This document shows positions 13,008 to 26,390 of a stretch of DNA of 64,000 nucleotides, in pieces. Source of the stretch: Octopus vulgaris. Lineage: Eukaryota. The translations under genes and the position numbers were made by a program. Below the pieces are notes generated by a model. That model saw nothing but the letters and a program-made list of their open reading frames with translations, did no database searches and was not told the DNA's origin. The stretch's first letter is position 1. Each line of letters opens with the position of its first letter. The DNA lies in contig OX597816.1 in NCBI GenBank assembly GCA_951406725.2, forward strand, positions 31,124,001 to 31,188,000, written 5' to 3'.

Positions 13008-13010
<3 letters not shown>
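11886..13010 (+). mobile_element. 5'-truncated CR1-group LINE (RT C-terminal half + 3' UTR) inserted in (TA)n
   Basis: ORF 11855-12922 contains SGVPQGTVLGPLLFIIYIND, FADD, RPHLEYCCPLWSP and RLEKLKLYSLQRRRER. The 3' UTR has a hairpin ggcca-atac-tggcc and a tandem (TTCTAAGTTA)2 tail followed by (TA)n. Confidence 0.92.
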
Positions 13011-13059
<49 letters not shown>

Positions 13060-13061
<2 letters not shown>

Positions 13062-13891
13062 CTCTAGATTACGCAAAACTGAAAATAACAGTGACTTCTT
13101 TATATTTACATAAAATTATCTTAAACTACTAAAGAGTAAACTTATACATTAAAATCACTATTGGCTTCAACCACAGCATTCCAGACGCTTTCAGAATAGC
13201 CTACAACTGTTGTGAACGGTCCCCTCGTTTAAGTTGGTGAATTCTGCCTCAGATAATCTTTTGTGTTACAAAGAGTTTTGTTCGTCTCTCGCTCAAGTGC
13301 GCCCCACACATAATAATCAAGGAGGTTACAGTCAGTGGAGTGAGATGACCAGATTTTAGGGGTGATGTGGTCACAGAAATTGTTTGACAGCCATGACTGG
13401 GTTCCCTCCCTTGTGTAGCATTGTTCAGAGTCCTGTTGCCAAATATAGAGCCATCCGGCAGCCATCCTCTTCACCCAGGGCAGCACTATCTCCTTCAGAC
13501 ATTTGACGTAGGCCTCCCTATTAAGCTTAAGGCTGTTTGGAGAGATGAATGGAGACATAACGCCGCCGTCACTAGTGATCACTCAAACACCATGATGTTG
13601 ACTGGATGTTAAATTTTTTATCAATCTCAGTATATGTCCTCAGATTGCACTGCCCCCGGATTGACACACAAACGCTCTGAATTGTTCGTATTGGAGATTC
13701 AGGCGCGAATGCCAAGCAGTACAGCATGTCATTTCCAAAATTTTGGCAGAGTGCCTCAAGACACAGTGCTGTTTTTCTCTCAGACGGTGTGCAACTGGCC
13801 TTACTATACTATGTATTCGACAAAATAAAAAGAAATGAGCATGCCCGAAATAAAAAATATAAAATGGCGAAAATTTACCCATCACGCCCTG
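13060..13891 (-). mobile_element. Internally deleted Tc1/mariner DD37D (maT-like) transposon remnant
   Basis: ORF 13229-13582 reads WQQDS..WSSHSTDCNLLDYYVWG, with 37 residues between the last two catalytic Asp. A terminal cagggcgtgatgggtaaattttcgccatt lies next to TA. Confidence 0.85.
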
Positions 13892-13964
13892 TATATATAT
13901 ACATACATAGCCATGCACACACACACACACTCACACACGCACACACACACACACACACACATGT

Positions 13965-14160
13965 ATCTTTTTAACGTTTACTTGTTTCAGCCAATAGATG
14001 CGGCGATGCTGGGACGCCGCTTTGAAGAATTTTAGTCGAAGGAATCGTCCCCAGTAATCATTTTTCTTAAGCCCGATACGTTTTGTATCCGTCACTTTTG
14101 CAGAGCCTCTAGGTTTCAGGGACGTAAACACAACATGGGGCATTGAGTGACAACAGAGAT
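13965..14160 (-). mobile_element. Degenerate 3' part of tRNA-derived SINE
   Basis: ttacttgtttcagcca..gcggcgatgctggg..gggacgtaaacac resembles 21801-21990. Confidence 0.7.
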
Positions 14161-14369
14161 ACAAAACACACTCGCACGCGCGCAATAAAAACGAGTGCGC
14201 ATACATACAAACGTACCCCCCTCACATACACATGCACACATACATAAACACACACATATAAATAACCAGTGTATGTGAGGGTGTGTCCACCAAATCCATT
14301 CACAGCCTGAAACTTCAGCAGAGACTGTTTGCCCAACGTGCAATAATAATAATGATAAATACAGTTGCT

Positions 14370-15925
14370 GGAAACCTGTGTCAGCGTATGTTGATGGCAT
14401 CATGGCAATAGTGTCAAATACGAATGGAAGCTCAAGTAGTCGATTGCATTGTAAAGTAATACGATATGATGACAAGAGCAAAGATAAATCCAAAGAAGTT
14501 AGTCGGCTTGGAGTTCGGCAACTGTAGAGGCAATAGTAGGTTGATGGTTCGAAGGCCCTCTGTAATTGCTCGAGCTTAAGTTCAACTCAGACATTGAGGC
14601 TGACAAGAAATAGGATTCCGTTACAAGAAAAGTGGCTAATATCACTCAGAAATGGCTTGAGAGGAAATTGTCCCTGAAATTTCGAGCAGAGATGGCGAAT
14701 GCTTACATCGCGTCTCTAATAACTTACCGCCTGGAAATTTTACCTTGCCCCAGTCCATGTTTGGCCAAAATGGAGCGTTTAATTTTCTGCTTCCTGTCTG
14801 GAAAGGACGTATCCTACTAGTATGGTGGTCTATCTGTTGCCGGTGCCCTTTGAAAGAGGCGTTTGGCATGCCATGACTGCTAATATGCAGACAGGCAATG
14901 CAGCTACAAATTTCTCCAGGCGGAATAACGGCGTGGTATCTGTTTGCAAAACACACTTTTCAACAGTTTACTCCTTTGACAGAGCTGCAGACCTGAATCA
15001 AGAAAAGACGAATATTAGGCGCCTGGCATCTGGAATGTCGTTAAGGAACATTACAACAAGGCGGATAATGCGGCCGTTGGATGATCGACGTCAGCAATAT
15101 ATACTAATTTAGTGGTGGTAAAGAGTCATGACGTTTTCGAATAATGTCTTGAAGTCGACCACAATGAACTGTTTTGGAGGAATTTTGGGCACGGTATTGA
15201 CATGGAGAACTTGCAGATATCCTTGGTCTGGCACTGCTATGGAGGAACACTGTAGGTTCGAAATAAACAATACAGTTGCAGAAACGCTGCCAGGTGAGAC
15301 TATTCGAAATGCGTGCAGAGCGACTGAACCATCCAGCACGTACTTGTGCGGTGTCACAGATTTTCTGACATTTGGTATTATGACGAACAACTGTTATCGT
15401 GTGTAAAACGAATCCGATTATTGGCCGAATTTGTCGTGCAGGGCATCCAAACATCCACATTTAACAAGACAATTAGACTATTGACTATGGCGAAAGAATA
15501 TGTGTGTTCCAGAAGGCTGGAAGTGTTGAGGAAAAAAAAATTTTTTTCCTCCAGTCAATTGTCCCAACATTTTAAGTTTCAGAATAATGGGGATGAATAG
15601 GAAACTATTACACCCCAATTAATTTATCAAAAGGTAGAATGCATCTGTCGATAGGTTAGTAAGTATTGTGAGAGGAATTGTACTTTCAGAGGAGGGGTCA
15701 AATAATCCTGGATCTGTGTGCAGTAATTTGATTGACTGTAGTTTCTGCTTATCCCATTTTAGGACTGTATTATTCATTTTATCACACACTTTATTTATTA
15801 TCTATAATTTAGTGCATTTAACCTTTCTATCCATTTGTTATCATCTTTTATGTAAACTTTCCCTTTCGAATTGTTGATTCACCTTGGGATGTCCCCTTTA
15901 TGTTTGCCCCTGTGGCTTATAAATG
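14370..15925 (+). mobile_element. Decayed Tx1/L1-clade LINE (RT to 3' end)
   Basis: Fragments VSAYVDGIMAIVS (YADD-like), AKINPKKLVGLEFG and KWLERKLSLKFRAEMANAYIASLITYRLEILPCP..MERLIFCFL. The 3' end reads tgtcccctttatgtttgcccctgtggcttataaa. Confidence 0.8.
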
Positions 15926-15959
15926 TATTCATCATCAGTGTTGTAGTCGTCATTAGAAG

Positions 15960-15990
15960 TGGTAGTAGCAGTTGTAGCAGCAGCACCAGT

Positions 15991-16050
<60 letters not shown>

Positions 16051-16230
16051 GGTGGTGGTGGTGGTAGTAGTAGTAGTTGTTGTAGTAGTGGTGGTGTTGG
16101 TGTTGGTAGTAGTAGTAGTAGTAGTTGTTGTAGTGGTGGTGTTGGTGTTGGTGGTGGTGGTAGTAGTAGTGGTGGTGTAGGTGGTGGTGTAGGTGGTGGT
16201 GGTGGTGGTGGTAGTAGTAGTAGTAGTACT

Positions 16231-16268
<38 letters not shown>

Positions 16269-16283
16269 TAGTAGTAGTAGTTA
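15960..16283. repeat. Compound trinucleotide microsatellite (TAG/TGG/CAG)
   Basis: Runs of gta, gtg and gca triplets. Confidence 0.97.
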
Positions 16284-18064
16284 TATTTTGCATCTTTATC
16301 CATTTGAGAGTATACTGTATTTTATCTACTCTTTTCTTTTACTTTTGTAATTGGCGACAGTTTTCGCTTTTAGGAAAATATTCATTGAAAGTATAAACAA
16401 AGGCCACCTGCTTGGCTAGACCCAAAGGACCGAAGTAGTTCTGGCTAACGAGACACACCATATATAAACACCTGCATCCTTTGTGCCATTAAAGCGCGTG
16501 AGTTGAGCAAACTATTGTCATTAAAGAGACTCGTTTGCTTCTCTCCTTTCACATACATTACAGCAAAAACATATTTGCTTAGGCTTATTACGTATAAATA
16601 TGCAACCACTCGTTGCGCATCTCTTTTCATTTAGCTAGTTTCTGATGTTTTGATGTACGTTTTATTACTACTGCTGCTGCTACAGGTACTACTACCACAA
16701 CCACTACTACTACTACTAATGCTGCCGCTGTTGTTGTTACAATACGGGTAAGAGTGATTAGGTGATAGTCTAGGGCTTAGGGGCGGAAGACCCCAGACCT
16801 TGGGGGAAAAAAACTGTAGTCGAGGGCTCTTCGTTGACGCCCGACACGACGGGGAGGTGGCCCTCGAAGTCGCTGGAAATGGAGATCTCCAGGTCAAAAT
16901 TCTTGAACGGCTGCTGCCGCTGCTGCGGTTACGACGGCCACCGCTGCTGCTACTGTCGCCGATGCTTCTGCTGCAGCTGTTGTTGCTACTACTACTACTA
17001 CTACTACTACTAGCCAACCTCGCAAACTACGTACCAACACTGAAACTTGAGTTTTTTCTTTTGTTTTCACTCAAGTAGGTTCATTCACACCCAGCATGCG
17101 CGCAACAATATTTCTTCATTTCTCAAATTCCCTTTGCGACAAGCATCTACACTCCAGCATTATTTTCCTTTTCACAACGGATATCTGAGGGATACAGAAT
17201 ACGGGAAAAAGGCAATATTTACAACCCTGAAACCACTATTTACATCGCAACATGTTTGTCCCAGAACTTTTTAATGGATCTCTGTCAGTGAGCTGGTCCC
17301 AGAGAAGGTGACGAAAATTATGACCCAATAATAAATGATTAAGGAAAGTTAAGAGTAAACGGTTTTTGTATTTTTGTTAATAGCTATCATGGATCTTCCT
17401 CGCAATAATTCCTTTAGTTTCAATGCACTCTCTCTGTGAAAACTACTTGAAAGACAAGGAAAATACAGATATATGCATGTGTGTGTGTGTGTATGTTTGT
17501 GCTAATATGTGTATGTTTGTAATATAATTTGTGTGTATAAGTGCATGTGTTGCTGTGTGTTTATGTCAGTCTATGCTTATATTAGTGAATGTAAGTATGT
17601 AGGTATATGAAGTGAGAGAGATACACAAAATTCTTGCTTCGTATAATGTAAACTGTAACGTCATAGTTTGTCTCTTCTAATCCAAATTCCCATAGATATC
17701 ACTGTACGTGTCCGTATGGCGAGAGGCTGTAGTTGCTGGATATAAGGCATTGGGAATTTACTTCTCATCTTTCGGATCCTTCCTTAAACCATATAATTCG
17801 AGATGTGATTTCTTCTGACCTGAATTTTTATCATATTCTACTTTTTCGACTGGAATATGCTCTAGCTCGTTTCCTGCTCTTGTTTTGATTCCTAATTGAA
17901 ATTACTGTTACGTGGTGACATTGCCAGTACGTATTTCACCAAAGAATACACGAATGTTCTTGAACCATATTTGTCCTTGGGGAAATCATACCGTTTCTCT
18001 CTTTTTTTTCCGATTTGATTTCTGTTTCTTTTCTTTTTAGGACCCTTCGATATCAATGCGAAGA

Positions 18065-18136
18065 TGTCAGTCTTGTACTGTCCTGTATTGTTCTATGAAG
18101 TGTCAGTCTTGTACTGTCCTGTATTGTTCTATGAAG
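18065..18136 (+). repeat. 36 bp perfect tandem duplication
   Basis: tgtcagtcttgtactgtcctgtattgttctatgaag x2. Confidence 0.95.
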
Positions 18137-19920
18137 TGTTTAAGTTTCTTCAATTTCTTTTAGTTGCTTCTAATTTCATTCTCTGTACGTGACGAGATAC
18201 GAACACTTTTATTCAACAGTATATTCATGGGATTGGTAAATTCCATGTCATAGAACATGTCAAAGAGTTTTGAATAAAAGCTATTTGAGGGAATGATACA
18301 ATATCACTACCATCAGCCATCAAAACCACCACCACCACTTGTAGTTGTTCTTGTTTGGTGTAGAGTTATTGCCGGGTTTTGTGGTTCTTTTTGTTGTTGC
18401 TGTTGTTATTTTCTCTATCACTGCAGTTATTTTTCGCTACTATACTTTTGGTATTATCATTATTATTAATTGCTTTTTCTGGTATTGTTTTATACTTATT
18501 GCTTATCATTTCATTTCTTTTTATTATTGTCACTGTTGTTATTCATTATTTTACATATAAATTTGGTGAAAGTTGCTTTTCAATTTCAGACCAAATATTT
18601 ATAACTTACCATCGAAAATGAAACATTCTCGAGTAGTAATTTAAAAGTAGATTTTCCTTTTGTGTTTGGGTGTACTAAACCATATTTACGGTTGATGTCG
18701 TCGGTTCTCTGAAACTGTAAAATGTTAAACTGTTAAACATAATAATTCTGCCAATGCTATGAGCAAAAATATATTTCAAACAGTTGCTATCAAATTTTGA
18801 GGGACGAGTTGTCAGTAGGATCAGTCGACATTGCTTAAACAAATATACTGTATTTAGTTATGTATCCTAATATTCCTATTTTTATATAGTGTCAAACCCA
18901 ATATTTGTTTTTCGTCCGTGCAGTTCTAAACAAATAATTGAAGGTTAAAGTAAATAATTCATGTTGGACATATACTGTTAATTATTGGAACCTTATCGCT
19001 CAAAGCAGTGACACAATTCTGAACCAAATCCAGAAAAAAAACTTACATTCATGTTGGAGTTGTTGAAGATTCAAAAGGCTGTTCTTACAACACAACCAGC
19101 CGTGGACGAATAGGAGGTAAAACTGGCTACAATAATAATGGATTTAAATGTTGGCATAGCGTCAGCAAATGCGAGTTAAGTTGATTACACCTACGCCAGT
19201 GCTCAACTGCTACTTACTTTATCGACCCTGAAAGAGATGAAAAGCAAAGCTGACCTCGGTGGAATTCGAAATCAGAACGTTAAGGCTGACAAAATACAGC
19301 TATTTTTGTTCTGCCGGCTTGCCGACTTACTGCGCATTTAATATTAATCAATTAGAAAGTAAACATTTTCCTACTAGTCATCCTAATATTTTTAAACAGA
19401 TATTTGAAGGGAATGTAAGCTTGTTCACTTATTTAAGGGGAAATTTGTTGCAATAACTTTTATTAATCACCTAATGATCGGATGATATATATCTTGAAAA
19501 TCTACTTTAGAAAGTTTTAATAAATATAGTAAAATATTGCGTCTTTGAGGCAAGAAATACATGCTACATCTCAATATGTAATGCTTCATATATTTTGCTG
19601 CTAATGTGTTTGAAAAGCTAAAATTTTAAAATAGCATGTTAGTGAATTACTAAAACTGTTAACAGCAAAAAACAAAAATCTGAAAGCAAGAAAAAATATT
19701 CTCGGTCAAAACAAGAAATATAAAAGATGAAATGGATGTTTCAAAAATTAGGAAATCTTGAAAAACAAATACGGTTTCGTCAACGGTCGTAGTACTTCCT
19801 AGATCAGCGTACTGTATCATTCTTTCTCTAGCTACTATATCATCTTAAATATGGTCTTTGGAATTTTTTTATATACAGCAGTCAGAAAACTCCCTCAAAC
19901 CCCGCAGGAATATTTTAAAA

Positions 19921-20452
19921 CGTTGCAGTTATAGATATCCAGATTTTTTTACGTTGGAAATGTTCATATTCGTACTTAGCCGTAGGTCAATATTGATAAC
20001 ATATTCTTAGACATACTAACGATTAGATGGCTATAATAAAGAATGGATGTCATAAAGAAATGTAAAATCTATATAATTCTATATATTGATGACCATAATT
20101 ATTATTCAATTTAGAACAAAACGCATTCTAGGTAGGATAAAATCACTTGTATTCAGCTACAGTAACTAAGCGATCATGTATTTTATCAATCTCAGCACTT
20201 CATGGCTTTTGAGCGCGCTTTTATTAATTACTTGATCGCCATAAATATCATCAAACTGTATTACAAGACTTACTAAAGCGCCGATAGAACAAGTGCAGAA
20301 TGACATATTGCAGAAATGGATACATTAAATGAGAATAAAAAAGTTAGGTTCATTGCTTACAGATTGCAGTTATACATTATCTATAAATTAGTGCGTTGCA
20401 GTTATAGACATCCAGATTTGTTGCGTTGGAAATTTTCATATTCGTACTTAGC
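19921..20452 (+). repeat. ~60 bp direct repeat pair (19921-19981, 20394-20452)
   Basis: cgttgcagttataga(t/c)atccagattt..cgttggaaat(g/t)ttcatattcgtacttagcc occurs twice. Confidence 0.9.
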
Positions 20453-21800
20453 CTCAGGGCAAGTTTGATCGAGCAAACGTAAGGCAAAAAGGATTACATA
20501 CGTAACTAAACGTTCAATCATTCAGAAATTGTCAGGAATATATATCAACCTGCCTCTTTCATATTTTATGACGTTATATAAAAATTAGAGAGACATTTCA
20601 ATGCCTAGCGATTCACAGGGAATCAGCTACAAAACAATTCTGAAACATGCATCCTTCAACTAATATGAGTTAGACTCCACAAAAGATTTTCTAAATAATA
20701 TCAAAGTAAATATAATTTCATCTGATGCTATTGATATTTATTAAAACCACGTCAAATGTGAATAAAAAATTGAGATCTGGAAGGGTGGTGGTACGTTTTC
20801 ATGAATGCACCATTCTGACACTGATTTAGCGTATGTATACACCTCTTGTGTAAACTGGCATTAAATTAATAAGTAGCTGATATGTGGTTATCTAATAGTG
20901 GCCTAGTGCAGAAATATGTTAACGCAGAACGCACTAACAGAAGTCGAACTAACACGGTTAATCAACACAGTTGAGCTAACGTCGTCAACTATTATTTCTT
21001 TATTAGCTACTAAAGGCCCAATATAGAAGATATAGAAGGGACAGTGCATGGACAGACAACACAAGTGGAGATATAAAAGATAAAAGAATGAATGTAAATG
21101 GATTATAAATAAATGAATGTGCAATGGCTACCCAAACTCCACTTTCGAGCAGTACTATTTAACTGTTCTTTATCAAAGTTTTTATATCTTATTTCTGTGG
21201 AGCACGCATGTGGTTTTTACGTTTTGTTTTGTTTTGTTTCATAATATTAAAACTACTTATATGTTTTAGAAGTTTATATACGGTTTCAAATCGCTATAGT
21301 CCACGACTGGAGGTAAGGCATCATATGCCACCCCTACTCTTATGTTTAACCCGAACAATTCCTTTAAAGTAGCATATTTTTCTATTCCTTCAGTACACAC
21401 TGGTACACGTTTAACGAGCCCTGCGAACATACAACACCACGAACACAACAACTACTAACATGTGATGTCGAGTACTATTCCATTAAACATTTTCTATTTT
21501 ATAACACCTCCACGTAACACATCAATATATTTAGTAGTGTTCCGCCGGATAAAAGCATTTCAGCATTTGTTTTGACGTGAACTACCTTGAATGGAAGAAA
21601 AGGAATCTTAGGTTTCCCACGAAACACTATGCAGCTGTTATAGAAATCCATGTTATATACGTTTTTAGATTTCCTTGCACTCATATATCTATATATGTAC
21701 GTACGTATGGACATATATATATATATATATATACATTCATATACTACTGACATGCACAAAGATCTCTCTCTCTCTCTCTCTCACTAAATATATATATATC

Positions 21801-22208
21801 TCTTTCTCTTTTCTCTTTTACTTGTTTCAGTCATTTGACTGCGGCCATGCTGGAGCACCGCCTTTAATCGAGCAACTCGACCCTGGGACTTATTCTTTGT
21901 AAGCCCAGTACTTATTCTATCGGTCTCTTTTTTGCCAAACCGCTAAGTGACGGGGACGTAAACACACCAGCATCGGTTGTCAAGCGATGCTAGGGGGACA
22001 AACACAGACACACAAACACACACATATATATATATACATATATACGACAGGCTTCTTTCAGTTTCCGTCTACCAAATCCACTCACAAGGCATTGGTCGGC
22101 CCGGGGCTATAGCAGAAGACACTTGCCCAAGATGCCACACAGTGGGACTGAACCCGGAACCATGTGGTTGGTTAGCAAGCTACTTACCACACATACACTC
22201 CTGCGCCT
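21801..22208 (-). mobile_element. tRNA-derived SINE (~400 bp, internal TA/CA run)
   Basis: Reverse complement of the 42132-42536 family, with B-box-like GGTTCAGTCCC and CORE-like ttgggcaagtgtcttct. Confidence 0.92.
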
Positions 22209-22499
22209 ATATATATATATATATATATATATATAGATAGATAGATAGATAGATAGCTACATACATACATACATACATACATACATACTTACATATGTGT
22301 GTGTGTGTGTCTGTGTGAATTTATTTGAGGATTTCAAAATGCACCGGCTTCTAAAAACGTATAGGTAGTTTTTTTATATATTTTGTAATAGATTTATTAA
22401 CATATTACTCTACTTTGACAAGGTTTTGCTTATCAATGGTTAACCACATTTATAATGAAAGGAGAAGAATTTGGGAATACACCTCTTGTTTCCTCCCTC

Positions 22500-23127
22500 C
22501 CCCAACCACCCCACCTACCACAGAACAAAACTTCATTTCACATTTTAAATTGAATACACCGAAAAATCTTGAAATATACGTAGTACACTCGGGCATTAAT
22601 CCAATATAATATATTCACTTTAAAGCTAGATTACCGACCCACTTTACACGATTAAATAGTCATTGTCCCCACATCCAGCCCCATGCATCTAATGAAGCAA
22701 ATTACAAACACGTGGAACCCAATTATTCAATATAATGTAAGACTAAACACTAAACGAAATTTTCCCTTTTTTCTTTTACTTCATTTTGTTTGTTATGCTT
22801 GCATTTATTTCCCTCTAAAACTATTCTGAAGATGTTTGTTATATGTAGCGAGGTAATGTAAACTTACTCCGATTTGATAAACAGAAACTGCTGTAAATGA
22901 TTCCGAACTACAATTAAATAATGATATTTAACACTAATGATCCACTTCTCATTGTTAATTATGGCTCCATTTCTTTCCTTTTCTATATATATTAAACCAG
23001 GGTTTTACGTTTAAATTACCTACAACCGTATAACTAGGATTATACATAGTGAGGCAATACACCAGGAGTGCCTACAAATATATCTATCCCTTAGATGGTT
23101 GCATAACCACTAACTTATATCTTAGCA
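22500..23127 (+). mobile_element. Probable PLE 3' end/pLTR
   Basis: TEQNFISHFKLN resembles the PLE endonuclease C-terminus (E..FI..F..LN). It is followed by a hammerhead motif and ends at (TA)n. Confidence 0.55.
22822..22899 (+). ncRNA. Type-I hammerhead ribozyme motif with long stem II
   Basis: TATT-CTGAAGA-TGTTTGTT..(inner gaggtaa/ttactc hairpin)..GATAAACA-GAAAC-TGCT-GTA-AATG. The core is canonical, stem II has 8 bp, the triplet is GUA and stem I is TATT/AATG. Confidence 0.7.
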
Positions 23128-23183
23128 TATATATATATATATATGTATATACACAAGCTCACCCATATGAATATATAGAGACA

Positions 23184-23887
23184 TAAAATTTAACGAATAT
23201 GTGTACGTACACAAATCTATTTTATATATAGTATTAGGTATAGTGCCTTCGCAAAATAGAAGCGTTTATTTGGCGTAGTCATTAGATATAAATGGATAAA
23301 AATCACGCAAATAACCCGAGGAAGATCACAATGCAAATTGGATACCAACAAACTAATCATACACAGAATCAGACAGGCGGATGCTTGTGCCTGACATTGT
23401 ACAAATATAAAGCTAAAATACAAAGTTCAAAGTTGTGTAGAGTGAAGATAAATCAACTAAAAGAAGAAACCAAAAGGTTCCTGACTATTCAGGTGATAAA
23501 AATCTATCAAAGAGAAGAAACCGAATTAATATAGCAGAAGAATACTTCTGCAGTGCCATGTAAACAGACATTTTATATTCGGTGTCCTATGATTTTTTTC
23601 ATTTTCCGTTTATTAATTTCTTTTTATACTTTTCCTTCCCTTTGATAAAGTCAATCACCCGAAACGTCAGATTCTTTTCGATTTCTTCCATGGTTGTATT
23701 TATCTTCAATGAATATTTGTTTGATTATTGTGCTTACTATTTTTACGCTTTATATATCTACTCTTTTTCATGTTCGTACCTTCGCCTGTCCGATTTCCTG
23801 CATTTTATTATTAGTATGTCGCCTTTTGCCTGATAATCTTACTTGGATTTTTGTGTGGATTTTAATATAATGTATACATATTTCTAA

Positions 23888-23894
<7 letters not shown>
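23184..23894. repeat. Old, diverged fold-back element (arms ~23297-23520 / ~23631-23865) with a hammerhead-like motif
   Basis: Inverted matches include cagacaggcgga/ttcgcctgtccg, gaagataaat/atttatcttc and tatcaaagagaag/cttccctttgata. The right arm at 23639-23671 reads CCT-TTGATAA-AG..CCC-GAAACGTC-AGA. Confidence 0.7.
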
Positions 23895-23929
<35 letters not shown>

Positions 23930-24102
23930 CAATGAATATTAACTTTGGGGATTAATCAATATTTTGTATTGAGTGTCATATTTATTTACATTTGCAATGT
24001 AATTGTTCCCACATAAATCGAAATTACGACTTCCATGCAATTTACAAGTTATGACTTAGTTCCTTTCCGCTAGTCGTAAATATCTGTCAATCAGTCAATC
24101 AG

Positions 24103-24192
<90 letters not shown>

Positions 24193-24262
24193 CATCCATC
24201 AATCGATTTACCTATCCATCTGTCTCTACGTGTGTGTGTACGTATATATATGTATATATAGA

Positions 24263-24470
24263 ACGCCATGATAGACCGTTAGCTCCTACACGCATTTTTT
24301 CTGTCCTTGTTTCTCTCCTTGTTTCTTTTCTGTGTATCTTTCTGTCGAAGAGCGTAGGCTCGAAACGTAAAAGACTTGTTCTATTTCTATTCCTGATCAC
24401 CATACTAATACATTTGTTTGTTTGTACTCCATCTGCCTTCGTCTTTTGTTTATTTTCGTAAACCTTCCCG

Positions 24471-24472
<2 letters not shown>
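24263..24472 (+). mobile_element. Solo ~210 bp PLE pLTR-like element between (TA)n runs
   Basis: Non-coding, carries a compact hammerhead motif, and is bounded by TA repeats on both sides. Confidence 0.7.
24337..24374 (+). ncRNA. Minimal type-I hammerhead ribozyme motif, variant core CUGUCGA
   Basis: TCTTT-CTGTCGA-A-GAGC-GTAG-GCTC-GAAA-C-GTA-AAAGA. Stem I is a perfect 5 bp, stem II is 4 bp, stem III is the palindrome ACGT and the triplet is GUA. Confidence 0.75.
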
Positions 24473-24527
<55 letters not shown>

Positions 24528-24797
24528 ATTACATAGATGTTTAAATAGCACAATGGTATTAAGTCTAAGTCATTTCCATTTAACTGAGAATTTAATGAAA
24601 GATTATATAAATAAAAGTATTAATTTTAACGGTCTCAATGTATTTCATCTTATCAGAGATTACTAAAGATTTATAATAATTTGAAAACGTTGAAGTAAAA
24701 ACAGTCAATCTTTTGTCCTGTTGATCAAGAACATATCAAGACATGTTCTTGACCACCAGACAGAAGATTTGTATAATTCTCTAATCTCTTTTAACTA

Positions 24798-25215
<418 letters not shown>

Positions 25216-25224
25216 CATTATTGT

Positions 25225-26195
25225 TATGAAAGACTCTCGGATAGTTCTTATTTACCGGTTATTCTTTACTTGAAAGCAGGCAATAACAAATCACCAAAGG
25301 TTTCAAGAAGTACCTTCTCTTGTGATTCAAAAAGACAATACTCTCGTTAGAATGTGAGCTGCACCCAACAGTGCGGTCTTCTGGACCACTTCGCGCTTGA
25401 CAGCAGCTCCAATATTCTTAATATGTTTTGAAAGCCCTAGGAAACTGCTCCTAATGCTCCAATTACCACGGTTATCACCATTACTTTCCTCGTACCCCAT
25501 AACTTTCCTATCTCGTCCTGTAGTGGCTGGTATTTTTCAGTATTTCTGTTTCCTTGCATTTCACCATCGAATCACTTGGGATTGCAACAACTATTATCTT
25601 TGCTTCTTTTTCATTATTATGGGTGTTCACGATATCTGGTTGTCTCACCTCTATAAATTTTGTCGCGCTGTAGTTAAAATCCCAGAGTATTTTGTAATGT
25701 TCCTTTTCCATTAATCCCTCTGGCTTGTGTTCATATCATAGTTCGACTCTCTTGGGGTTTGCTTTACCGTACAACAGCCTGTGGACATATCAGGTCACAT
25801 TGTCGTGTCTCGTTTTGTATTCGCGTTGTGCGAACTTAGAGCACTCATTAACAATATGGCTTATAATATTTCTCTTCTCAAAGCACATCCACCACTGTAG
25901 CGAGTCGGTGCTTTTATCAATGTGATATTTCGAGAAGTTTGTTCTGACAGCTTGTACTTGAGCGCTGAAGAAAATGCATCAGTGGGACATCTAAAGCCTC
26001 CTTTCTGCAGCCATTGCCATCTTCCATTCCAATCAATCGAATCTTTATTCGTCACGAACTGACTATGCATTTTCTTCTCCTGCCAAATTTTCTGCTTATG
26101 CACCCCCACTCTTTCTCTGTGGTCTTTCTTAAATAGCGTTTGATCTATGACTTCGTTCACTCTTAAGTCTACCTGCACTTTCACTGCTTCACTCA
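25225..26195 (-). mobile_element. Decayed R4/Dong-like retrotransposon (zinc knuckle/RLE C-terminus)
   Basis: Fragments WQEKKMHSQF..WQWLQKG, KILWDFN..RQPDIV..IIVVAIP and VQKTALLGAAHILTRVLSF*, flanked by TTA runs. Confidence 0.85.
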
Positions 26196-26247
26196 ATTAT
26201 TCTTTACTCCCATTGACATTTTTGCTATGTTTGCTATTCTTCCCTTC

Positions 26248-26316
<69 letters not shown>

Positions 26317-26327
26317 CATTATTATTA

Positions 26328-26390
<63 letters not shown>

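Noticed and set aside
16745-17390. GC-rich segment as a Helitron fragment or host exon
   Set aside because: Only a vague resemblance to helicase C-termini and a 12 bp match (accctgaaacca) to ~61360; not enough to classify.
17640-18000. Possible cadherin-like exon on the minus strand
   Set aside because: Motif resemblance is weak, the frames I translated are short or interrupted by stops, and no reliable splice pair was found.
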